DNA of 64,000 nucleotides from Octopus bimaculoides (lineage: Eukaryota), in assembly GCF_001194135.2 (NCBI RefSeq), contig NC_068988.1, positions 84,593,966 to 84,657,965 of the forward strand. The letters run 5' to 3'. The notes under the pieces are model-generated. The model searched no databases, was not told the origin of the DNA, and saw only the letters and a program-made list of their open reading frames with translations. Below are positions 49,050 to 60,791 of this stretch, in pieces. Both the position numbers and the translations under genes were made by a program. Position 1 is the first letter of the stretch, and the number at the start of each line of letters is the position of its first letter.

Positions 49050-51000
49050 ACTGTCTTCAAATTGTTCTCAATGACTGTTCTCTCTCAGCAGCTTCACAAT
49101 AAGTAGACCGCAGTCATGTACCAGCCTTTTATGAAGAGACAAAGGCAAGTGGTCAGCAATTTTAATTACCTCAGCAATACACTTAGTATGTATATGCAAG
49201 GTGGGTAACTTGGTGGGGTGTAATAGTATAGATTTGAAGGAGGAAGTAAAGTGTATAGTGAAGAAAGCTTTATTTGTGGGGGTACTAATCACAGAGCTAT
49301 CATTGTTGAAGAAAAGAGAATTTTGCAAAACTGGTGAATATGTTTTGAGCAAGGGACCAGAGCTATGAGCTACACTGGGAAGTGGGATAGTTTAAGGGTT
49401 GTGTGATACACAAAGGCACAGTTTGCAGTTTGGATAGTGGTCTTGTAAGATTTAAACATTATCCATTTTTGGGTATAGGTGAGTTTCTCCGGATGTTATA
49501 GGCTTTTCTTTTTAAACCCGAACAGTTGCAACACAGCTATGATGGAATCACTCGGGGGACTTAGAGTATTGAAGTTTTTGTATGTGTGTGGCAGATGTGG
49601 AGGGACATGCTTAAAAGGGTTGTTTCAATCACCTTTTCGAGCTGTTTCAGATGATCATGTGCTGTTAGGGATAATTAACATAAAAATGACCTGAAGTACC
49701 ATGAAGTCTGGGACATATGGGTGATATTGTGCAGTCTGTGGATATGTGTTGAGTAGTTATGATGACATGGTTGACATAGACAATTACAGTTTGGTAGGGC
49801 TTAGGTTTGAAGATGAAATGTGATCAAGGGTGTTTGGGTGTCTATGTAACAATTTGGAATGTATGAAAGGATGAAACAAGTTAAGTATTGCAAAGAATTT
49901 GACTTCTTACCAGTAGTGTTGGTATGGAATGAGGATGTGTGCCCTGAAGAGTTGTGAGTGTTTAAAACACTAAAGATGAAGACTTCGGAAAAGGGTGAAG
50001 TGAGACATGCAGAGTTATTCAAAAAGAATGAAGCGATTTCATTTCGCAATATTTTAATAAAGAAAAGCAATAGAAAACTCCAGCTAAGTCACAAGTATTT
50101 ACTCACAATCGACTTTTATTTCCTGTCTTACAGTGTGGCCACCACCTGCAGCACGGGCAACATCAATGCGATAAGAGAATTCCTCCCAGATGCACATCTG
50201 CTTGGCCCCTGACCTCACCATGTGTGATTTTTTCTTGTGGGGATATGTAAAAGATCACGTTTATGTTCCACTGCTACCCACTAACCTTGATGATCTTAAG
50301 CATCGAATAACAACAGCAATCAACTCAGTGGATCGTGATATGCTGATACGTGTTTGGGAGGAATTCTCTTATTGCATTGACGTTACCTGTGCTGCAGGTG
50401 GTGACTACATTGAACACTTGTAAGACAGGAAATAAAAGTCGATTGTGAGTAAATACTTGTGACTTAGCTGGAGTTTTCTATTGCTTTACCTTATTAAAAT
50501 ATTGTGTGATGAAATTGGTTCATTCCTTTTGAATAACGCTGTATACTCTTAAAGAGTTGCTGGTAGTTTGAGGAGTTGGCAAAGCAGTAGAGGGAGCATA
50601 TGTATTTGGGTGCTTGAGGGAAGGAAACTTTGAGCCAGAGTGGCTATAAGTCACTATTGTTGATCACCAAGTGAGTGAGTGATGGAGAATGGAGTTTACA
50701 ATTGTAGACACCACTTTTCAGAGTGAAGTTTGAGAACAAATGATTGTAGCCTGGACAATGGAAGTGGATTCTAGATAAGGGTCCAGAAATTGTCTCAAAG
50801 AGGAATAGGACATAGGTTTTGCATAGAGTTAAAGGTAATGAAATGGATGATAGTCCATAGATGTTAGAAGAGCAAAAATTGTCCATTGGGTTTAGTTGTG
50901 GTTTTTGATGTCTTGGAGAAGTGTAAAGTAGAAGTTAGTAAATAACATTGGTTTAGAAACTTAGTTTTATGTGAGTATGGAGGAGGACCATTGTATAAAG
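49050..51000 (-). mobile_element. Decayed LINE endonuclease-like sequence, interrupted by the 50010-50541 element
   Basis: Minus strand CSSNIYGL..YVLFLFET..FHCPGYN resembles the N-terminus of an APE endonuclease. Boundaries uncertain. Confidence 0.4.
50010..50541 (+). mobile_element. Palindromic non-autonomous Tc1/mariner derivative
   Basis: Arms 50010-50188 and 50355-50541 are inverted copies. The centre/right encodes PDLTMCDFFLWGYVKDHVY...IEHL*. Termini CAG/CTG with TA on the right and TG on the left. Confidence 0.92.
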
Positions 51001-52584
51001 AAGTGCCACACATTCAAAAGGAATGGAACATGTAAAAGAAGATGAAGGACAACTTGGGAAGAAGTGGTTGAATCTCACAGAGGAAATGATGAAGGATCAC
51101 ATTGATTGATGCTACACATGGAAAAAGGGATGTTAAAATTGTGTATGTGCATATAGACATGTCTTTGGGTATATGTATATACATAAGTATGGTATTGGTT
51201 TTGACATACATCATTCACCCTCTCCATTTCATCCACCCTCTGTTATCTATCACACTCTCACTCCTGTTCTTCTGGTGTTTTGCCACAATAAAATGCACCC
51301 TCTGCATCCTGTTAAATATAGGTTGAGAGCACCCCCAGTGCTGGTGCCACAAAAATGCATCCAATACTCTCTAAGAAGTGGTTGTTGTTAAGAACAGCAT
51401 CTAGCTGTAGAAACCAAGCTAAATATATTTTCTGATGTAGGCACAAGGCCTGAAATTTGGGTGAGTGTAAAGCAAATAATGAAATTTTAAAGCAAGATAT
51501 AACCCTTTGACTCATTTAGGAGAACAGCAACAACCCTTCCAACCCATGCCAGCATGGAAAATGGATACAAAACGATATTGATGATGATGACATACGCGTG
51601 TGTGTGTGTGTGTGTTGTAGTCAATACACATAAGAGAGTTTATCCATTCATTTCTGTATTTTTGAAGTTCTTCAAGGTGATTATTCAGATATAATGGTAG
51701 TGGAAATTGAATAAACACATACATACATCTTTGTCATTATCACCACCACAGCTATCATTATTTTATACTTCTTTTTTTTTTTTTTATATATATTTGGACA
51801 AATTAAACGGATCTTCTCAGTTTTGTACTGCATCTCATTACTTCTTGTGGTCTTTTTTTATTCTCTTTGTGAGGTTCACATTCCAGAGATCAGTTTCTAT
51901 CATTTTTACTCTGCTTTTCTTAAGTTTTCTCCTCCTGTAAGTTCCTTCCTATATCTGTCTATTTATCTAGTCATCCACCCAAAATAATATTGTGTACATA
52001 TTTTGATGTCCTTTAACCTGCAATTGGCTTCTTATATCTTTCCAAATGAAAATTACTTTTAGTAGAGAATGAGTGTTTCATAGATATCAATTGATGTACT
52101 GTAATACAAATAGAAGACAAATATTTTAATTTGATTTCACTTCACCTGTTTTGTGTGTGGGAATGATCAGTTGATTTCATAGAAATGTTTAACAGATAGA
52201 TTTGGAACCTGTTCTGCATCTCAACTTCAAGACTATTCACATAAATATTGCTATTCTGTGAAATCTCAGATCAATAGGAAGTCTATCAAAATCACAAGTT
52301 CTTTATGCCTAAACTATCTGTGATGTTCTACCAACGATGCTGAACAATTAGCAAGGCTTGTGAACTTCTTGACTGTAAAACAGAATTTTCATTCATCTGT
52401 TTATCCCTAGGTTTTCTATACCAGATATCCCTTCCAGATATTGTCTACAGCAACAACATACAGAAAAACTGAAGCAACTAGTTGAAAAGAAATACTGAGT
52501 GAAAAACTACAGAATGATTTTGACACCTACAGAACAACAACCAAAGTTCAAATCTCTCCTTTGCTTGATGATCCTGAACACTTA

Positions 52585-53050
52585 TCATCATCATCATCAT
52601 CCTCATTGTTTAACGTCCGCTTTCCATGCTAGCATGGGTTGGACGATTTGACTGAGGACTGGTGAAACCAGATGGCAACACCAAGCTCCAATCTAATTTG
52701 GCAGAGTTTCTACAGCTGGATGCCCTTCCTAACGCCAACCACTCAGAGAGTGTAGTGGGTGCTCTTACGTGTCACCCGCACGAAGGCCAGTCAGGCGGTA
52801 CTGGCAACGGCCACGCTCGAAATGGTGTCTTTTATGTGCCACCCGCACAAGAGCCAGTCCAGGGGCACTGGCAACGATCTCGCTCGAAGACCCTACGAAG
52901 GCCAGTCAGGCGGTACTGGCAACGGCCACGCTCAAAATGGTGTCTTTTATGTGCCACCCGCACAAGAGCCAGTCCAGGGGCACTGGCAACGATCTCACTT
53001 GGCTTGCCGGGTCTTCTCACGCACAGCACATTTCCAAAGGTCTCGGTCAG
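52585..53050 (-). mobile_element. Young RTE 3' end (ORF end DRDLWKCAVREKTRQAK*, 3' UTR, (GAT)n tail) with 115-bp internal tandem duplication
   Basis: CpG-rich; repeat units start at 52780 and 52895. Confidence 0.9.
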
Positions 53051-54082
53051 TAGAGACATACTTGCATCTGCCAGTTCTTTCTGCATTGTTGTACAAAAGT
53101 TATTCTATAACTTGCTCAGCTTTCCATATTCCACTTTCCATTGAGAAAGGTTTTATCGGGAACATTGATGTTAACTGCAAATTGGCCAAAATAATTTGAA
53201 ACTCTTGCAGTTAGACAAATGTTGAAATGTGTTATAGTCACTTAGTACACATTTTGTGAACCCTTGCTAAATAATTTGCCTATTGGTAGCAAGGCCACAA
53301 GGTTTCTAGATGATTTTTGGTAAATACTTTCTTAAAGAAAGCTGTAAGAGCTGCTGTTATGAACATATTTAAGACTCATTCTTCATTTTGGAATTTGGAA
53401 TAGAGAGATGAAACTGAATATTAACATGAACAAGCAACTACAAGATACAGAAGACTGCAGCTTGGCTGATTTTCTGTTTTGTATTGGTGTAAGAAGGAAC
53501 AACTAAGTCTGATAGCAAGATCAAATGTCCAAATGGAGTTGAGGTTGTATCTGATGAGATGAAGGTGTATGTTGCTCTGTTGTAGGCATAGTGACAAGGA
53601 TAAAAAAAATGCCACCAACATAACTGAGTTTTCTAATGTTAAAAATTTCTTAACTTTATATCATCTAGATCCTTAATCTAAGTAAATTTCCATTTAAATG
53701 CATTTTTTCCAGTACTTATGTATCTTTGTATTTTTTTTTACTTCTAATGTTCACCATTCATTATTATCAACAATGATGACAGTTGCTCCTAAGCAAAGTG
53801 ACAACAAGTATATGTATGTGGTGTGTATAGCACTGCACCTTGCATCTGAATATGACAATTGTTCAACTATATAATGGGATATTATTATTATGTGTGTGTA
53901 TCCTGTTACATAGTGATATAATGTGGAGTGCAGTAAGGCTAGTTTTTTCCTGTTTATGTTTGTTTCCCTAACTTTACTCTATAATGAGAATGTACTATTA
54001 CAGCCATTGACCCTGTATATGTATACACACACACACACACACTTCCCAATAGCATTACATGTGTGTTGTTGTTTTTTTTTAG

Positions 54083-54218
54083 GGATGGGGCACGGCGCAG
54101 CGGTCTGTTTTGTGCAATCAGTGCTGTTATAGAGAGAATGAAAGTAGACAGGGAAGTAGATGTCTTCCAGACTGTGAAACAAATTCGTGTAAACAGATAT
54201 CAATTCATTGAAGATGTT
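54083..54218 (+). CDS. RPTP D2 exon (M)DGARRSGLFCAISAVIERMKVDREVDVFQTVKQIRVNRYQFIEDV
   Basis: polyT-ag|...|gtaagt, 136 nt. HCMDGARRSG is a D2-type P-loop. Confidence 0.97.
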
Positions 54219-54429
54219 GTAAGTATTTTAATGTTACATTTGATTCCAAACATTTTTGTTTTTATTATGGTCTGGAAGAGTTCCATTGCTACCCCAGAGG
54301 TAACTACTTTTCATCCATTTAGGGCCAATGTCTGTATTAATCTATTACACTCTTTCTCAAAACTTATTAGTCCTGTGTCTATATAAAAAAAATTATTCCA
54401 TTGTAAGACTCCCACCAAAATTTTTGGTA

Positions 54430-54800
54430 CTGTGCCTGTCAAAATGGCTTTAGTTATATCCATCTATGTACTGAGTTCAATTCCTGCCAGTGTCAGTTTT
54501 ACCTTTTATTTCTCCTAGCTTGAGAAAAAAAATACCTGTCAAATACTGGCATCATTTCAATTGATAGTACTAATGTTCTGAGTTCAGCTACCACCAGAAT
54601 TCACTTTTCATCCATTCAGGGGTTGTTAAAATATCTATCAATGAAGTACTGAAGTCAATTACATACACTACTCCTCTTTCTTGTGATAAAAGAAGCAAGG
54701 ATTAACAAATGATAAAGCATCAGACTAAATACATGCAGTGTTTAAGTTTTTACTGTCTACATTCTGAGTTCAAACCCTGCAAGGATTAACTTTGCTTGTC
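54430..54800 (+). mobile_element. Decayed family A SINE fragments (about 3)
   Basis: Repeated ctgagttca...ttt(a/g)ccttt motifs. Confidence 0.55.
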
Positions 54801-56760
54801 TTCTTTCTAAGAATGATAAAATAATCAGTTATCATAAACTGGACAGAGAATTGAATTGGCAACACATCCTTTCCTCCCATGTAAACATGTAACCTTGTGC
54901 ACATATAGTAAACTATTATCATTGTCTGCACTTCTACGTCTATTCCTGAGACTAGTTGTATTGAACTTGTTATTACTCTCACAAATTGCCAGAAACATGA
55001 TTTAGACAAATCTGATAATGTCTGTTAATTCACAACTAAGCTGTTCTTTAATTCTATTTTGGCCTTGCATGGGTAAAGAAAAAAGTAACATTTCTGTTTG
55101 CTGATTATAGTACTTAAAATATGATGAAAATTGTGTAAGTTAGGGGTGTCAGCTATATTTATTTATTTTATTGACGTTATCGATAATAAATACAAAAAAA
55201 AAATAAATAAAGATAACAATTAACACTTCTATTTTGCAGTTTCATATTCATGATTTCCAATGCTACAATTTTAGAAGATGAAGGGTAGTATCCATAACTT
55301 TTTCAGGTTTTCCAATGCTGGTAACATTGATTTGACCAGTTCCCAGCCTGAACATCTGCAGATCAATGTCTACAAACTAAAAATAGGTGGGGAGTGTCTG
55401 GCCCCAATACTTACAACAGAGTTATCTCTGTTAAGGGCAACCAACAACTCTTGGTGATGGTTAGGCCTACTATCCATGGCTAACATGGTTGTGTATTGGA
55501 GCAATTGTTTTTACTTTTGGATGATGACTCTTTCCACTTTCCTGTCACTAGCAACCTAACTGTGGAAGTGGGGAGTAATGAGGTCCTGTGCCCTTGTGAA
55601 ATGAGACACAAAGACTGCAGTGGTAACATTTGAAATTGTGACTAAATATGGTATCAGTAGTTAAATATCTCATAACCTTACAACCTTTGAGCACCCTGCC
55701 ATCTGTCTGTCTGTCTCTCTCTCTCTCCCTCATAGCTCTCTCTTCTTTCCACATGGGTAAGCCATGTATTCACTGCTTCAGCATGACACCTACTCCTGTC
55801 CCTCTCTCTTACTTTCTTATCCCTCAATATGATATATACATACCCCACTCAGTCGAGGGGTCTTGTGGGTACTTGATGACCTCACTAGTGCGTCATAAAA
55901 AAAAGAAAAACACTCAGTACACTCTCTGAAGTGGTTAGTGTTCGGAAAGGTATCTAACTACAGAAACCATATGAAAGCAGACATTGGAGCTTGGCACAAT
56001 CCTTTGGTTTATATACTCCTATTAAATCATCCAACCCATGTCAGCATGGAAAAAGGAACATTAAATGATGATAATGTTGCTCTAATACATAATTATGAAG
56101 ATTTAATGACTAACATCATATCATTCTGAAGCTGAAAAATTGTTTTGTGACTCAAGATTTACACATGGAAGCAGTGTATTTTTAAAGCAGTGCAAGTGCT
56201 ACTGCACTGAACAAAATGTCTTGCAGTCATGTCCCCTTGCATTCTCAGTTCAAAATGTATATTGATCAAAAATTGATTTTGCATCTTTCTAGGGATTCGT
56301 ACAATGAAGTACTAATTGAATTCTTGGTTATGCATAATCCATCTGTATGTAAACACATTGTTGATATAATGTTACTGATTATCTGTACTAGCATGAATTG
56401 AAGTGGAAATATATATAAACAAAAAAGTTTAGGTGTTGTGCCATAAGATAGTTGTGAGTAATGTTATGCAAGAGTCTGCATTGGAGATTCACGGCCAAGA
56501 CAGTCTTTACTTTATTTCATAGCACACTAACATGCACACTCTTTCTGACCTTTTTAAAAATACATATTTTTTTAAACTTTAGTTCCTAATGTCACTGACA
56601 AAGACTTATTCCAGTATACTTATTATTTTTTACATGAATCCTCACAAATTCTATTGAACGGACCATACTAATGTATGGTGTAATATATATATATAAATTC
56701 TTTCATTATTGTTTATAGAAATCATCCAATTTTCTTTTTATCTTTTTTTCTTCCCTAAAG

Positions 56761-56814
56761 GAGCAGTATGATTTTTGTTACAAAGTTATACAACAGTATT
56801 TAAACAGTCAATGA
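56761..56814 (+). CDS. RPTP last coding exon EQYDFCYKVIQQYLNSQ*
   Basis: Long pyrimidine tract then ccctaaag|, EQYxFCY motif, TGA at 56812-56814. Confidence 0.93.
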   Translation, partial: EQYDFCYKVIQQYLNSQ

Positions 56815-56982
56815 AAGTGAGAAGCTGGTATGAAGATTCCATGGTTATACACAAATTCTTGTTATGAAGGTATCACTGCCGAACGATGATTTACAAAAAC
56901 AAATGATCCATTATTTCTTTAGTGCCGTACTTTTGGTGAATATATTCCCAGAACCAGGGAAAGTATTCATTCAATATGCAAA

Positions 56983-56988
56983 AATAAA
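56983..56988 (+). promoter_or_regulatory. Candidate polyadenylation signal AATAAA of the RPTP gene
   Basis: AATAAA about 170 nt after the stop. The hexamer is common in this AT-rich sequence. Confidence 0.25.
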
Positions 56989-57694
56989 GCGAAAAAAGCA
57001 AGCTGTTCATTGGACCATCGTTCTATCCCTCTGTCCTTGTCAATTAATTTTATGAAACAACTGAGCTACAGGCCAATCCAAACAAGTTATAAATCTCATT
57101 TCAGTGCCAGTCTTAGGTCACATTGTTCACTGTGACCTTTGCTGCCTGCCTATCTGTCTTTCTATACCTACCTACTTGCCTATCTACCCATCTATCAGTC
57201 TGTTTATCTATCTGACTGTGTCTGTATATCTCTCTACATACTTACCTACCTATTCATATATTTATCTATTTGTCTACACTCTCCGGTATCCAGGTTGGTT
57301 CTTTGCTCTTAATCTCTTCATTAATATGCAATCTGCTAATCTAATGTAGATAAGCATGTAAGAAAAAAAAAAAAGAATGAAATCAAATCTGTGGTAGGGA
57401 CAATTTTTTTTTTTGTCCTTCTGCTCCACCGTACCCCTTTAATTTTTCATCTTTGGAAATTCCTGACTTTTATTATTATTATATTGATATAACTATTTTT
57501 CATTTAAAAAAAAAAAAAAATGCATTTTCAAACACGTTATTTGTAAATTTTTTTGCTTTGCTTTTATTTCATTTTTATTTTATTTCAAATTGTTGTGCCC
57601 CACTGACTTTGTCCTGCTGATCCAATTTGCCCCACTTTCTCTTCCCTTGTTCATCAAATATGAATTTTTTCTTTAGTTAAATTTATTATCATAA

Positions 57695-58140
57695 GGGTGG
57701 TGAATTGGCAGAATGGTTTGTGCTGGAGAAAATGCCTTGTGTTATTTGTTCTGGCTCTTTTACATTCTGAGTTCATATCCTGCCAAGGTCAGCTTTGCCT
57801 TTTATCCCTCCAGGCTCAATAGAATAAAATATCAGTCAAATCTTGCGGTTGGTTTAATTGACTCACCCTCTCCCCAAATCTAGGGCCTTGTGCCTATATT
57901 AGAAATGGTTATATATTGCATAGTGGATTGGAAAAATAGTTAGAGCAGCAGAAAAATGTCCTGCAGTATTTGTGCCAGCTCTTTCCATTCTGAGTTCAAT
58001 TCCTGCCCAGGTCAACTTTACCTTTCATCTTTTTGGAGTTGATAAAATAAAGTACCAGTCAAATACTGGGGTTGATGGTATCGACTAACCCCTTCCCTTC
58101 ACAATTGCTGGCCTTGTGCCTAAATTTAGAAACTATTATT
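57695..58140 (+). mobile_element. Two tandem family A SINEs
   Basis: ggtggtgaattggcagaatgg...ctgagttca...ggccttgtgcc...(att)n, twice. Confidence 0.8.
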
Positions 58141-58883
58141 ATTGTTATATTTTATTTCGTTAAATTTTTTTATTTATAATTTTTCTTTTACTTCAGACAT
58201 TTTATTCACTTAACCCCTGCCCCTTGTTTACACTTAGTGTAAAAAAAGAAAAAGCAAACAGAGAGAAAGGCAAAAAAGAAAAAAAAAATCTTTCCCATCA
58301 TTTCATTATGCTCACCCTACTAGCCCTGTTCCCCACCCCCTGTATCTGAAACCCACTACAATATTGAACTGCTGGAAATGGTAAAAAATATTCTTCTTGA
58401 TAACCAACTGATATGAAAGAAAATGATAAATATATAAATAAATAAAGGAAAGAAGAAAGAAAGCAAACTGTTCCCTTTCATATGAAAAGCAAAAAAAAAA
58501 AAATTTTAAAAAAGAGAAAGAGGAAAGTTTCAACAGAAAATATACTTCAAAATGAGGAAAGACGCTAAATAAAAAATGTTTTTACAAGTTGTTATGGTTG
58601 AAGTCTTCCCTGAACAAGCCTCATCTTAAACATGCTTCATTCTCTCTCTGCTTTCCTCATATATCTATATATACACACGTTGTATTCTTTTCTTGGTTTC
58701 AGTCACTGGACTGTAGCCATGCTGGGACACAACCATGAAGAGTTTTATTGATCTGAATTACTTCAGTCTGATCTTTATTTCATCAAAATCTATTTGTCAA
58801 GCTGCTTAGTAATGGGACTTGAAGGGAAACAAAATAAACAATGTGAATGTATGCATATATTATATAAATGTATGCATACATAC

Positions 58884-58921
<38 letters not shown>

Positions 58922-59392
58922 TGCACACATTCATACATAGTTTCCACTCATCAGGCTATGTAACCTTCATGCTCCAGGTTGCATGCTAAATTTTCAAGAC
59001 ATATTTTGGGTGAAAAATAGCACCCTTATTTTCAGGCCTGTATATGTATGACTCCTCACCGTTGAGGATGCAGTTTACTTTCCAAAATAAGTTTTTAAAA
59101 TTTACCAGGTATCCTAGAGGGTAAACCGATTTCAGTCCAGAGGAAGCTTATACTAAATTTATCATGTCTCTGCACTGTAAGGAATAATAAGCATGTGGTG
59201 ATGAATAAGATAAAGTTCCATAAGAACAAGGGGAAGGATTAACACAACTTATAAAAGGACATGTACAATATGATATATATTTAATACAGAATATATGTCA
59301 CTGAGCCACTAACAAAAGTATGTGAAAGTGTTGAGATTTTTTTTTTTTTGTTTGTCTTTTTTCCCTGAAATTGGGGTGCTGGGAAATACAGC

Positions 59393-59465
<73 letters not shown>

Positions 59466-59676
59466 TGTTTACAAATGAAAAAGTACTCATTAAGAGGTGT
59501 CACATTTCTCTATTAGTTGTTGCTTCACTCTATTGCTATTCATATTTACACATGATGGATGGTACAATGTGAACATAGCTTGAATAAATACATGTGTAGT
59601 ACCACATGTATAGGGGTAGCAACAGATGAACTATCAACTGATTTGTAATGAGCATATATGTGTCTCTCTCTATACA

Positions 59677-59729
<53 letters not shown>

Positions 59730-60753
59730 TATACACACAGATTATATATATTTGTTGTTTATACACATGTGTATATAAATAAGTGGGGTCAGCTGGAAAA
59801 GGAATAATTTGATTGTCACCAAAGGAGAAAACGGGTAAAGGAAGGTGCAAATATTTTTGAAAAAGCTTGCATTTCCCATGCAGATTTGAAGTGAACTGCA
59901 TGAAAACGCACAATTTGTGAAGTGGATAGGTTGAACTTGGTCTGCGGTATATGTAGGTGTATATGTCTTTCCAATGCTGGGCTCACTATTTACCAACAAA
60001 GTCATCAGGTCAGACAAAAATGTTAATTGAAATGTATTCATGATAAAAATTGTGTAACATGTACATGCAGGAAGCTTTGCAAATCTAGTGGTGACTTACA
60101 TATAGAAATTCGTTTCTGCACACTGGTGCACATAGCTTTGACCTTTGTAAGGTCTGTTAAAATACATGTAAGAGCCTAGGGGTTTTAGAGAGTCATTGTT
60201 GAAAACATGATTCTTTTAATGATCATTAATGGTATTCCTCAAACATGCATGAACAGCCATCATTTATAAATGTGTGTGTGTATATAAGATTGTAGCGAGG
60301 TGATTCTGTAAGAAACAGAGAAACCAATGATGGCAGTAAGGTACTCGAGAAATAAATGAATATGTATTAAGTGACTCTTACATGGACTAGGACTATTGCA
60401 TCCACAAGGAATTAATTCATTAGAGAATTTATTTGTTAAATTCCCCAGAAATGCAGCAATGCCAGTAGTACATATATATAAAATGTATTATGTTTTTAAT
60501 GTGCACAGCATATGACCATATGTTCTGTTGCACTCCAACACAGACGTCTGGAAAGAAAATTTGTCATTCTACTTATAATGCTTCTGAAGAAGTGGTTTGC
60601 ATGTAAAAATTGATTTTAAATAATCATTATGTAATTATCACTGAAACATGTGCAAAGATGTAGTAAGTCATTCATTCCATACTATATAGTCATGTAAGAA
60701 TTTTATGTTTGCATATCACCATTTGAAATGGATGTTAAATGGTGGTGATGATG

Positions 60754-60791
<38 letters not shown>

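Larger units (their letters stand above)
6364..56814 (+). other. Gene span (3' part): receptor-type tyrosine-protein phosphatase with tandem D1/D2 domains (kappa/mu/alpha-like); 5' exons outside window
   Basis: 16 GT-AG exons join in frame with matching phases. They encode KNRY, DYVNAS, DFWRMVWQ, KCEKYWP, W-D loop, VHCSAG-GRTG and Q-loop motifs, a second divergent PTP domain, and a stop at 56812-56814. The subfamily cannot be fixed without the ectodomain. Confidence 0.96.

Noticed and set aside
52662-53199. Four overlapping 84-160 aa ORFs with repeats
   Set aside because: They fall in the GC-rich tandem-duplicated 3' UTR of an RTE; the open frames are a by-product.
6364-56814. Assigning a specific symbol such as PTPRK, PTPRA or PTPRE
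   Set aside because: The ectodomain is outside the window and molluscan RPTPs are expanded, so orthology needs a phylogeny.
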